Below are positions 18,286 through 27,492 of a stretch of DNA of 64,000 bases, piece by piece. The translations under genes and the position numbers were made by a program. Under the pieces are notes generated by a model that made no database searches, was not told where the DNA came from, and was given only the letters and a program-made list of their open reading frames with translations. How positions within the stretch are numbered: the first letter of the stretch is position 1; each line of letters begins with the position of its first letter. Origin of the DNA: an uncultured Pseudomonadales bacterium (lineage in GTDB: Bacteria; Patescibacteriota; Microgenomatia; UBA1400; CAYNMC01); contig CAYPXO010000001.1 of assembly GCA_964414895.1 (NCBI GenBank), positions 26,999 to 90,998 of the forward strand. The letters are read 5' to 3'.

Positions 18286-18879
18286 ATGACCGACCAAGAA
18301 AGCAAACCATTAAAAGAAATGTCCATGCCCGAACTTTGGCAGGAAGCCAAAAGACTCGGCATCTCGAAGGGGGGCAAGAAAGCCAAACTGATCGAGAGGA
18401 TACAAGCAGCCCAAGAGGAAGGAGGTGAAAACATGCCTAAAAGTAAATCAAAAGCAGCCAAATCAGGAAAACAGCCAAAAGAGCAGGTTTACATTTCCAA
18501 GTATCACGAGCTGAGACTGGTGAATAAATCCTCCTACAACAAGGAAGTTGGAGGCAGAGTGGTCACAGTCCCAGGCACAGCGATCCAATTCCATGAAGGA
18601 GTCTATAGGACAAGCGAACCAGGCGAAATTGAATTCCTAGACAGCCATCCTAACTTCGGAAACACTTTTACCAAAGTCGAAAGAAAAGACCAGAAGAAAG
18701 CCGTCGATGAAGTGATTGCAGAGCGCTACAAGGACTTAGAGCAGCGTGAGAAAGAAGTAGCAGCCAAAGAGGAAGCCTTAAAGAAAAAAGAAATGGCAGC
18801 CAAAGGGCAAGAGGAAGGCGCAGAAAAGCCAAAAACAGTCTCAGGAGTGCGCAGCACGGCTGACAAGCCGAAGTTTTAA
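18286..18879 (+). CDS. SAP/Rho-N-like domain protein; second in-frame start at 18433
   Basis: MSMPELWQEAKRLGIS.GG.KA.LIERI; internal GGAGGTGA-ATG. Confidence 0.65.
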   Translation: MTDQESKPLKEMSMPELWQEAKRLGISKGGKKAKLIERIQAAQEEGGENMPKSKSKAAKSGKQPKEQVYISKYHELRLVNKSSYNKEVGGRVVTVPGTAIQFHEGVYRTSEPGEIEFLDSHPNFGNTFTKVERKDQKKAVDEVIAERYKDLEQREKEVAAKEEALKKKEMAAKGQEEGAEKPKTVSGVRSTADKPKF

Positions 18880-18897
18880 TTGAAAGGCTAAAAAACT

Positions 18898-19221
18898 ATG
18901 TCAAACGCAAGTAGACCAGATTTCATGACCAATGAAAAAGTCTGCACGCTGGATGTGAACAACGGCGGGGCTTGGAGTAATTACTACCTTCTAGTCGACG
19001 CCAACACATACAAGGCAGGCGAAGGATGTCCTGTGGTCGTGAGATCAAGAAAAACCAATACAGGGCTTATTTATGTCGCCAAAAATGTCTATGCCTCAAA
19101 GGTAGCACCATGCAGATTGTCGCCAGGAGAAGCAATCGAATTAAGAGTAAAGGATTTAAGCGGAATCTTAGTCGGCTCGGAAATAGCAGGAGATGTCGTC
19201 GACTGGATCGTTGAAACTTAA
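18898..19221 (+). CDS. Virion structural protein
   Basis: N.G.IYV...LSPGEAI beta-sandwich pattern. Confidence 0.55.
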   Translation: MSNASRPDFMTNEKVCTLDVNNGGAWSNYYLLVDANTYKAGEGCPVVVRSRKTNTGLIYVAKNVYASKVAPCRLSPGEAIELRVKDLSGILVGSEIAGDVVDWIVET

Positions 19222-19233
19222 AAGGAAAAAACA

Positions 19234-19830
19234 ATGGCTAAATTAAGACCAGATAATAAACTCGAAAAAAGCCTTCTTCAAAAGCTGCTGGTGCTTATAA
19301 ACAGCGATGACGGCGAAGAAGATGCAGATACCACTTGGTATCCGAATGGCTTTGGTAGCAATCAAATTACAATCGGACACGACGGCACTGGCAGTTGCGA
19401 TGCGGGCTTAAGATTCCTGCGCTCAATAATTCCTAACAACGCCAAGATAGTCAAAGCGGTCTTAAGAGTAAAGGCAGCCGTCAACTCAACCAATCGACCA
19501 GTCTTTGTGATCAAGGGTATTAAAGAAGTTAGCCCGAACACATTTGCAGCAGACGGAAGCGATAGACCATCAACCAGAGCCAAAACAACGGCAACAGTCG
19601 CCTGGAGTCCAGGAGCAGACTGGGCAATCAACACCTGGTATGACAGCCCAGATATTAAAACGATCATCCAGGAGCTTATAGATCAGGCAGAATTTACAGG
19701 CAAGGCACTAGGTTTAGTCATCGAGGACAATGCCAGCCCAGCCAGCAATTACAACAACATTTGGGACTTTAATAGCGGACAAGCCAATGCAGTAAGGCTC
19801 ATCCTAACGATAGCACCGAATGTGCCTTAA
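19234..19830 (+). CDS. Single-domain paralogue of the repeated fibre domain
   Basis: DDGEED.DTTWYPNG...SCDAGL...WY.SPDI..IIQE shared with the 21122 product. Confidence 0.75.
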   Translation: MAKLRPDNKLEKSLLQKLLVLINSDDGEEDADTTWYPNGFGSNQITIGHDGTGSCDAGLRFLRSIIPNNAKIVKAVLRVKAAVNSTNRPVFVIKGIKEVSPNTFAADGSDRPSTRAKTTATVAWSPGADWAINTWYDSPDIKTIIQELIDQAEFTGKALGLVIEDNASPASNYNNIWDFNSGQANAVRLILTIAPNVP

Positions 19831-19866
19831 AGTTAAAAGTTACGCCTGAAGGAGGTGAAAAAAGGA

Positions 19867-20151
19867 ATGCAAGAAAGCGACGCAGCATTACTAGAACAGA
19901 TTATAAAAGCCTTTGTTGACGAGCCAGAGAAGGTAGAAGTTGAGCGCAAAGTCGACGAAATGGGAGTGCTTCTTTTAGTCAGACTTGACGAAAAAGATGC
20001 AGGCTTGGTGATCGGAAAGGCAGGCAGCACGATAGCAGCGATCAGAAAGATCATGGGAGTGATCGGAATGAAGACCAACGCCAGATACAACATCAAACTG
20101 GATGTCCCAGAGCGAAAAGGGAGCGCAAGACCTCCCAGAAATAAAGTTTAA
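19867..20151 (+). CDS. khpA: KH-domain RNA-binding protein, KhpA-like
   Basis: IIKAFVDEPEKVEVERKVDEMGVLL...DAGLVIGKAGSTIAAIR with GxxG loop; SD GGAGGTG. Confidence 0.85.
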   Translation: MQESDAALLEQIIKAFVDEPEKVEVERKVDEMGVLLLVRLDEKDAGLVIGKAGSTIAAIRKIMGVIGMKTNARYNIKLDVPERKGSARPPRNKV

Positions 20152-20161
20152 TTAAAAAATT

Positions 20162-20665
20162 ATGGCAGCAACAGTAAGAATCAACGAATACAACGGAGCA
20201 GGCGAAGTCGAAACTGTCAACATCGGCGACACCGATATGGGGGCAGTCGACCAAGCTAATCTCGATCCAGTCGCCAACCCCATCGTGCCTGGGGAAAACT
20301 CCTTTGAGAAATGGCAAAAGCTGGAAGTCACGGCAATGGGCGGATCTTCAAAAATCCACAACCTGAAGATTTGGAGAACAGGAGCTTTGGGAGGATCGGC
20401 AGTCCACCTAACCAATGCTAGAGAAGCAAGCTATGGAGGAGCAGAAACCTACGCTCAGCCAGTCGCTACAGACTCCACAGTCGCCACCCAAACCATGCCA
20501 TCAAGCGAACCATCAGGAGCAAACTTGGGGATCGGAGGGGCGCTGGCAGGCGAACTAACAGCCGTCGGCTACTCAGACTACCTGGTGCATCAGATTCAAA
20601 GCGACGCAGGCGATGTGGCAGGCTCAACCAGCACACTAAACTACCAATACGATGAGGTAGCTTAA
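20162..20665 (+). CDS. Virion structural protein
   Basis: NSFEKW...SDYLVHQ...YQYDE pattern; Gly/Ala/Thr-rich. Confidence 0.6.
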   Translation: MAATVRINEYNGAGEVETVNIGDTDMGAVDQANLDPVANPIVPGENSFEKWQKLEVTAMGGSSKIHNLKIWRTGALGGSAVHLTNAREASYGGAETYAQPVATDSTVATQTMPSSEPSGANLGIGGALAGELTAVGYSDYLVHQIQSDAGDVAGSTSTLNYQYDEVA

Positions 20666-20705
20666 GTTAAAAAAAGCGCAATACAATGCGCCTTCGAGCA
20701 ATACA

Positions 20706-21125
20706 ATGCAAAAAAAAGATTTCATTTTCAAAAGACCAGAAACAGGCAAGACCGAGATCGTCAAGCGGGAACGCTGGCGATGGGTAGTGCATTATAAAGA
20801 CGGCACAAAACTTCACCAATTCGATGGCGAGGCGGGCATTTTTCACCAATTCAGAGAGATCGATCAAAGCAGAGTCGAGTCCTTCCAAATGGTCTCGGAC
20901 AAAAACCCAGAGGGCATCAACCTTTTAATTCCCCCAAACGGCGCAGACTTGATCCATTTTTACCGCAATGTAAGGCTGGCAGGCAGAAAAGATTGGATCA
21001 AACTATACTTCTTCGGCTGGAAAATCAAAGACCAAAGAGGCAGAAGCCTCCAAAAGCTAATTTGTATTTACCCCAACGACAAAATCGCATTGGTAGAAGA
21101 AGCAGAAGGAGGTGAGGCTGCGTGA
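20706..21125 (+). CDS. Phage hypothetical protein (possible fibre assembly factor)
   Basis: WRWVVHYKDG..L.QFD; precedes the fibre gene. Confidence 0.6.
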   Translation: MQKKDFIFKRPETGKTEIVKRERWRWVVHYKDGTKLHQFDGEAGIFHQFREIDQSRVESFQMVSDKNPEGINLLIPPNGADLIHFYRNVRLAGRKDWIKLYFFGWKIKDQRGRSLQKLICIYPNDKIALVEEAEGGEAA

Positions 21126-23710
21126 TTCTGGAGATTTTAATTAACACTGACGATGGCGAAGAAGACTACGATACAACTTGGTATCCCAACGGCTACTCCG
21201 CTAACCGAACCACAATCGGTCATGACGGCTCAGGAAGCTGCGATGCAGGCTTGTTATTTGATAATTCAGGTATTGCCGAGGCAGCCAGTGTCCTCAGTGC
21301 CAAAATAAGAGTAAAGTGCTCTGGCAACTCAACCAAAAGACCGACCCTGAAAATAAGAGGAATTCTGCAAGCCGACCCCGCAACCTGGGCGCAGGCAACC
21401 AGACCATCAACCAGACCCAAGACTACCGCATTTGTAGACTGGGATATAGCTGCAGACTGGGTGTTGAACACCTGGTATGAGTCCCCAGACATTACCGCCA
21501 TCATCCAAGAGATCGTCAACCAATCAGGCTTTGCAGGAGCAATCGCCCTAGTGATCGAGGACGACGGCAGTCCAAGCGGAGATTACGAGCTAATCTGGGA
21601 CTACAACAACGCTGCTGCCGATGCGCCAGAGTTGGTGGTAACTCTAGGATCAACAACAAAAATCCAGAAATCCCTCACCTATATTCTCGAACCGCAATTA
21701 GCCACGATCAATCTCCCAAAACAGCTTCAGTATGCGATTAACTCCACGCCTGCAGCGATTGAGAAAGAGCTGAGATATGTTATTTATCTGGGGGACACGA
21801 CGATCCAAAAAGCCCTTAAATACTGCATCAAAACCGAACCAGCAGCGATCACAAAATCCCTCAAGTATGCGATTAAAACTACCCCAGCAGCGAGCACAAA
21901 AGGATTACGATATTCAGTCATTCCCAACCTGCTGATCCAAAAAAGCCTGCAATATGCAATCAAGACAGAGCAGGTAATCCAGAAAATATTGCGATACTTT
22001 ATTAAGCCCGAAGAACCGCCAACAGAAAAGAGCAGAAATCAGGTCTTGAAAGTCGCCAGGATCGTCGCCGAGAATATCGATGATGGCAGAGAGGACAGCG
22101 ACAACAACTGGTATAAAGACGGCAACGCCAGCCACCTCATCACAATGGGCAACCTGGACGGCAAGACCCACACAGGAGCATTCCGCTTCCGCCATGTCGA
22201 CATCCCTCGCAATGCCAAGATATTCTTCGCCAGACTAAAACTGCGCTGCGCTTACACCGACGCCACTGACTTCACCACCAAACTAAGGATCAAGGGCATT
22301 AAAGAAGCCGATGTTAAACCATTTAGCAGCACCAACAAACCAAGCAGCAAAACAAAGACGGCAGACAGCGTCTCCTGGGAGATTTATAAAAAGTGGAACA
22401 TCAACGAGTGGGTGCAAACCCCTAACCTGCTTTTGATCGTGGAGGAGTTGGTGCGCCAGAGCCAGTGGAAGGCAGGCAATGCAATGGCGTTTGTGATTGA
22501 GGATGACGGCAGTGTAGCTGGCAACTCCAAAACCTGTTGGGACAGCTCAAGCGGGGTCGAGGATAAAGCCGAGCTGGAGATTTATTACTTTGATAAAGAA
22601 ATCAATGTCTCCTTCCTCCAGCTTAATGACCGAGACGGCGAAGAAGACTACAGAGATTTAGACCCACCAGACAACGCCTGGTATCCCGACGGCTGGGGCA
22701 ACAATCGAATCACCCTGGGAGACGACGGTGTGCATGAGCCAGAGTCGCCCAACGACGCAGGTTTTATCTTCTCCCCTGTTCAAATTCCTAAAGGAGCAAA
22801 AATCATCTCGGCTCGCATACTACTCACCGAAGATTCCCAAAACAATAACATGTGCAACTGGATTATAAAAGGATTCGCCGAAGACAATGCAGCTCCATTC
22901 AGTGGCGACGGCTCAAACCGCCCTTCAACCAGGACTAAAACCACTGCTAAAAAACAATGGTTTATAGGGCATGTGGAGGCAGGCATTTTACTCGGTGACC
23001 ACTGGACAGCCCAGAGCGTCTACGAATCACCAGAAATCAAGGAAATCATTCAGGAAATAGTGGATCGGGCAGGCTGGGTTGGAGACTCAAGCCAGAAGCT
23101 GGGCTTGGTGATTGAAAGCCACCACAGCCAGAGCGTCAAATACATCGTCGACTACAGCAAAGGAGGGGCAGGAAAATGGGCAGCGCAACTGATAATCGCC
23201 TGGCAATACATCAGGAGAACGACCACTGTTAAAAAGGATTTGGCAGCCTATGACAAAGCCAATTACCCAGAGTTTATTATCGTCCACCACTCAGCCACAG
23301 CCAGGGATACTACCCTATTTATTACCATCAAAAACGCCCATATAGGATATGGCTGGGAAGACATCGGCTACCACAAGTGGGTTTGTGGGGCAGCAGACGG
23401 AGATGGTATACTGAAACAAGGTAGACCAGACAACGAAATCGGAGCGCATTGCGACGACAACAAGATGAACTATCGCTCCATCGGAGCGTGTGTATGCGGA
23501 GACTTCCACTCGACAGGACTGAATGAAACCCCGACAGCAGCACAGTTAGCCACACTACAGCAACTCCTCGACGACACTCGAAAGCAGCGAGGTATTCCCA
23601 AAGAAAGAGTATTAGGACACGGCGAAGTTCCTGGTGCAGCCACCGACTGCCCAGGAGATAACCTGTTGCCTTATATCGTTAATTACCGAAACACAGGTAG
23701 TTTGACCTGA
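21122..23710 (+). CDS. Fibre/spike protein: three repeated beta domains, repeat stalk, C-terminal Amidase_2
   Basis: Eight KxLxY repeats; IIVHHSA...DIGYH...GAHC...SIG...GHGE...CPG zinc amidase motifs. Confidence 0.8.
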   Translation: MILEILINTDDGEEDYDTTWYPNGYSANRTTIGHDGSGSCDAGLLFDNSGIAEAASVLSAKIRVKCSGNSTKRPTLKIRGILQADPATWAQATRPSTRPKTTAFVDWDIAADWVLNTWYESPDITAIIQEIVNQSGFAGAIALVIEDDGSPSGDYELIWDYNNAAADAPELVVTLGSTTKIQKSLTYILEPQLATINLPKQLQYAINSTPAAIEKELRYVIYLGDTTIQKALKYCIKTEPAAITKSLKYAIKTTPAASTKGLRYSVIPNLLIQKSLQYAIKTEQVIQKILRYFIKPEEPPTEKSRNQVLKVARIVAENIDDGREDSDNNWYKDGNASHLITMGNLDGKTHTGAFRFRHVDIPRNAKIFFARLKLRCAYTDATDFTTKLRIKGIKEADVKPFSSTNKPSSKTKTADSVSWEIYKKWNINEWVQTPNLLLIVEELVRQSQWKAGNAMAFVIEDDGSVAGNSKTCWDSSSGVEDKAELEIYYFDKEINVSFLQLNDRDGEEDYRDLDPPDNAWYPDGWGNNRITLGDDGVHEPESPNDAGFIFSPVQIPKGAKIISARILLTEDSQNNNMCNWIIKGFAEDNAAPFSGDGSNRPSTRTKTTAKKQWFIGHVEAGILLGDHWTAQSVYESPEIKEIIQEIVDRAGWVGDSSQKLGLVIESHHSQSVKYIVDYSKGGAGKWAAQLIIAWQYIRRTTTVKKDLAAYDKANYPEFIIVHHSATARDTTLFITIKNAHIGYGWEDIGYHKWVCGAADGDGILKQGRPDNEIGAHCDDNKMNYRSIGACVCGDFHSTGLNETPTAAQLATLQQLLDDTRKQRGIPKERVLGHGEVPGAATDCPGDNLLPYIVNYRNTGSLT

Positions 23711-23724
23711 GAGGAGGTGAAAAT

Positions 23725-24408
23725 ATGCAATTTCAAGAATTTTTACAAGACCTAGACGCCAGAATCGCAGCCAGCAAAGTCACAGGCTTCTGGAAACCTG
23801 AAAACAAAGAGCGCTGGATTAACAAATCGGTGGTAAGAGCCTGCAATTATGCACGCTGGAAATTCCTCAGTAAGCACGCCACTCAAGCAATCGAGCTGGA
23901 GAGCGGAGAGATAAAAGAAAATTACTACCTTCCCTTTGACTACAAACCAGGCGGGATGATTTTAATCAAGGTCTATGACCCCGTCACCGAAAAGAGCCTA
24001 AAACACTTCAAGATCGACAACGACAGTTATCACTCAAAAGCCTACGAATACACCAGGGTTTATACCATCGTGGGAGACGAATACTTCCTCAACCTGCAAG
24101 AACTAGCCGAAGACTCAGGGCTGGCAGCCTCCGAAATGGAAGGCAAGATAATCGACCTTTATTACAAAAGACGCCCAGTGAAGCTGGTCGAGCCAACTGA
24201 TGAGCCAATCACCCCAGAAGAAATGGACGAGCCGATTATCAAGTTTGCTTTTTCAATCTGCCTTTCAAAGACGCCAGGAAGGGCAAAAGAAGCGGTCAAG
24301 GAAATCCAGGAAGCCAACTCGATGCTGCAGCAGATCAAGGACAGAGAGGAGGAAGAACCGCAGGCGGTGTTTAAGGGGCAGGCAACGAGCATGCGTTGGC
24401 AAAGGTAA
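23725..24408 (+). CDS. Head-tail adaptor protein
   Basis: WIN......W.FL; Y.LP.D; YYKRRP..L....DEP..PEE pattern. Confidence 0.7.
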   Translation: MQFQEFLQDLDARIAASKVTGFWKPENKERWINKSVVRACNYARWKFLSKHATQAIELESGEIKENYYLPFDYKPGGMILIKVYDPVTEKSLKHFKIDNDSYHSKAYEYTRVYTIVGDEYFLNLQELAEDSGLAASEMEGKIIDLYYKRRPVKLVEPTDEPITPEEMDEPIIKFAFSICLSKTPGRAKEAVKEIQEANSMLQQIKDREEEEPQAVFKGQATSMRWQR

Positions 24409-24479
24409 GCCCGTCAGATCGATTCTGTGGGGTTTGAGAAGGCAAGGTGGGCTGGTAAACCTTGAAATTGCATAAAAAT

Positions 24480-25937
24480 ATGACATTAAACGCCTATCGA
24501 ATACAAGGATTCCGAGGAGGGATCGCCGACGATCCCTACAAAGGAGTGCGGGAAGCATTCAGATTCGGCTATGGGCTAAACATCAGAGGAGAAGAAAACA
24601 CCTTAAAATGCAACCAGGCACTTAAAAAAGACTCGCTAACCACAGTCACTGACCTGATTTTATTCTTCGTCCCCGCCTCAAACGGACAGCTTTATGGCTT
24701 CGGTGATACAGGAAAGATTTATAGAAAAGCCACTCCAACCTCAGCATGGGAATTGGTGTATACAGACGCCAATGGCAAGATCACAGGCGCAGCCGAATAC
24801 ACCAACAACAACGGCGCAGACAGCTATGTCCCCTACCTTTACTGGATAACCGAAACCAAAGCCTCAAGAATTTTACTGAGTAAAGCCGATGAGAATAACT
24901 GGGCAACTGATGTCGAACACAACTGGCAATCCTTAAATGGCGATCCCTCCTGGCACACGGCAGTCGAAGCTCTGGGCGTGCTTTTAATCTGCGACGCCCA
25001 GAACCTGGCAATGGTTGACTATGAGGGAGGCTTCAACCTCGAAGCCTTGGATGTTCCCAAAGGACACCGCCACAAAGCCCTGCTGGGGCAAGATCAGCTC
25101 GTTTTAATCGGCTCGCACAAAGGAGACAAAGTAGAGCAAGGCTGGCTGTGGACATGGGATAAAATCCAGCCCTCCTGGATTCAAAGACGAATGGTAGCAG
25201 AGCGTGGTGTCAACGCCATGCTTCAAGGGGAATTCCTAACGATCCAAGCAGGCATCAAAGGGGCGCTTTATTACTGGGACACGGCAACCCTAATGAGAAT
25301 TAAGAAATTCCCAGGAGAATACGGCTGGGTTAACCCAGGAGCGGTCTGCAACTTCGGCGGGCTTCCGCTCTACGGACTAAACGGCTCAGACAAATGCGGG
25401 ATTTATTCTTACGGCAGGCTGACCAAAAACGATCCCTACGCCCTAAATCTCGAATATATCCCTTCACACGGCAAGATGGACAATGTCCTAATCGGAGCGA
25501 TAACAGTTTATGGCGACCAGCCTTACATCTCCACGAAGGACGGCACAACCTTTGGTGTCGAGACTATCGATGAAGCCAACAAAGCCGAGGCTAGATTTGA
25601 AGGTTTAGTGTTTGATGGCGGGGAGAGCTTCACTCAAAAAGGATTCCGACACATCAAACTGGTAACCAAACCCCTTCCAGCCGACTGCAGTATCGAAGTT
25701 TTTTACAAGGTTAATCAGGAAGCAGATTGGCAAACCGCCACCATGCAAGACGGCGCAGAGCAATTCGATAAGGTCGGGCAAACAAAAGCGATTTTCACCA
25801 TTGAAACAGGCGGAGACGAAGACAACCCAGGTGAAGGCGAAGAATACGAACTTGCCATGAGCCTGCATCCAAACGGCAACAACACACCAGAAATTATCTC
25901 GGCAACAACTTATTTTGAGCCATTAGGAATTTTATAA
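24480..25937 (+). CDS. Tail nozzle/stabilisation protein (beta-propeller)
   Basis: GFRGGI N-terminus; follows the adaptor; K.FRHIKL C-terminal motif; ATG at 24480. Confidence 0.65.
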   Translation: MTLNAYRIQGFRGGIADDPYKGVREAFRFGYGLNIRGEENTLKCNQALKKDSLTTVTDLILFFVPASNGQLYGFGDTGKIYRKATPTSAWELVYTDANGKITGAAEYTNNNGADSYVPYLYWITETKASRILLSKADENNWATDVEHNWQSLNGDPSWHTAVEALGVLLICDAQNLAMVDYEGGFNLEALDVPKGHRHKALLGQDQLVLIGSHKGDKVEQGWLWTWDKIQPSWIQRRMVAERGVNAMLQGEFLTIQAGIKGALYYWDTATLMRIKKFPGEYGWVNPGAVCNFGGLPLYGLNGSDKCGIYSYGRLTKNDPYALNLEYIPSHGKMDNVLIGAITVYGDQPYISTKDGTTFGVETIDEANKAEARFEGLVFDGGESFTQKGFRHIKLVTKPLPADCSIEVFYKVNQEADWQTATMQDGAEQFDKVGQTKAIFTIETGGDEDNPGEGEEYELAMSLHPNGNNTPEIISATTYFEPLGIL

Positions 25938-25941
25938 AACT

Positions 25942-27273
25942 ATGTCACTAACAGATCAAATCAAAAAGATATTCACTAACAGGGAGGTCGTAGACCAGCC
26001 CTTCCCTGAAGTGCAGGCGCACACTCACAACGGCATGGACTCCCTCCCCCTTGCACCGCAGTCGGTAGGCAGCAGCCAGCTCAAAGAAAATGCTGTCGGT
26101 GATGGTAATTTAATGGACTTGTCAGTGACTGAGGAGAAGCTGGCAGCAGCAGCCGTAGCCACCAGCAAAATAAAAGATGATGCGGTGACGGCAGCCAAAG
26201 TGTGGAAGGGCGGGGCTGTAATTACCCTCTCCGCCCAGATTGAAGAAGCGGTAATTATAACCGCCCACATTCAAGACCTGGCGGTGAAATGGGCAAAAAT
26301 CGGCAACCTTGAAGTCGGCAATAGCAAGATCATGGAGGCTGCAATCAGCAGAGCGAAAATCCAAGACCTAGCAGTCGACAACAGCAAAATAGAAAACGCC
26401 ACCATCACCAACGGAAAAATCGGTGAATTGCAGGTCGGCAATTCCAGGATTATGAACGCAGCCATCAGCACCGCTAAAATTCAAGACCTGGCGGTAGGCT
26501 GGGCAGAGATAGCAAATGCAGCCGTAGGAAACAGTAAGATCATGAACGCAGCCATCTCGACAGCCAAGATTCAAGACCTGGCAGTGACCAACGCCGAGAT
26601 CTCCTGGCTCAACGCAGGCAAAGTAACTGCAGGATCAATGTCAGCCGAGAGAATCTACGGCGGGATAATTTACTTAAATTCGGTTCAGGTTAATGTTTGC
26701 GGATCAGAAGCAGTTAATGTAGCAGGCAACATCTGGAAGACAGGCTGGTGCAGTTTTGTCATCAATCACCCACTTAAACCAGGACGCAAGCTGATTTATA
26801 CAGGTATAGAGTCACCAGAAGTGCTGCTCGCCCATAGAGGCTCAAACAAGCTAAGCAATGGAGAAAAAAGAATCGACCTACCAGATCACTTCCAAGCAGT
26901 CAGCGATGCCAGAAAAATAACCGCCTATGTGACCCCCAGGAGCGATTGTAAGGGCTTGTTTGTCAGTGAAGCGACCAAGAGCCATATCACAGTCAAAGAA
27001 AACGGCGGAGGCAACTCAAACAGCGACTTTGATTACATCATTTTCACCATCAGAAAAGGAGCGTTTGATTATGATTTTGAACCCGAAGGTGAGCTACTTA
27101 TCAAAGAAAAAGACGAAACCGAGGAGTCATTCAAAAAGAGATATTTTGATCATCGAGTCAAGCAGATCAGAGAAGCAGGCGGGGCGGATGTCAAAAAAAG
27201 AGTGACTGAATTTACCAGAGCCTGGCAGACCACGCCTGGCGTAGTAAAGGAGCAACATGTTCAAAAAAACTAA
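25942..27273 (+). CDS. Tail fibre/needle with 10-aa repeats
   Basis: HTHNG; AAISTAKIQDLAV repeats; C-terminal FVINHP...IESPE...IDLPDHF. Confidence 0.75.
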   Translation: MSLTDQIKKIFTNREVVDQPFPEVQAHTHNGMDSLPLAPQSVGSSQLKENAVGDGNLMDLSVTEEKLAAAAVATSKIKDDAVTAAKVWKGGAVITLSAQIEEAVIITAHIQDLAVKWAKIGNLEVGNSKIMEAAISRAKIQDLAVDNSKIENATITNGKIGELQVGNSRIMNAAISTAKIQDLAVGWAEIANAAVGNSKIMNAAISTAKIQDLAVTNAEISWLNAGKVTAGSMSAERIYGGIIYLNSVQVNVCGSEAVNVAGNIWKTGWCSFVINHPLKPGRKLIYTGIESPEVLLAHRGSNKLSNGEKRIDLPDHFQAVSDARKITAYVTPRSDCKGLFVSEATKSHITVKENGGGNSNSDFDYIIFTIRKGAFDYDFEPEGELLIKEKDETEESFKKRYFDHRVKQIREAGGADVKKRVTEFTRAWQTTPGVVKEQHVQKN

Positions 27274-27490
27274 AAAACTAACCAAAGAAGACCTGGCAGA
27301 GTTAAAAGAAAAAGACAAGTTGGTGAGGCAACACATCGCCATCAGCCAGGCTTTAGAAGCCCAGAAAAATGTCTGGCTGGTGAGCCTATTTTCAAAATAT
27401 GGCTTAGACGGCAATAAAGAGTGGAGCTTTAACTTAATCACAGGCGAAATTACTGAAAAAAAACAACCACAGAAAGGAGGTGAGAAATAA
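27257..27490 (+). CDS. Small phage protein
   Basis: Overlapping ORF after the fibre gene. Confidence 0.6.
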   Translation: MFKKTKKLTKEDLAELKEKDKLVRQHIAISQALEAQKNVWLVSLFSKYGLDGNKEWSFNLITGEITEKKQPQKGGEK

Positions 27491-27492
27491 AC

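Noticed and set aside
19234-23210. Diversity-generating retroelement TR/VR pair suggested by the similar domains
   Set aside because: Differences are not adenine-specific, all copies are coding, and no reverse transcriptase is present in the window.
26270-26600. CRISPR-like periodic repeats
   Set aside because: Degenerate in-frame 10-aa fibre repeats with no unique spacers; no cas genes.
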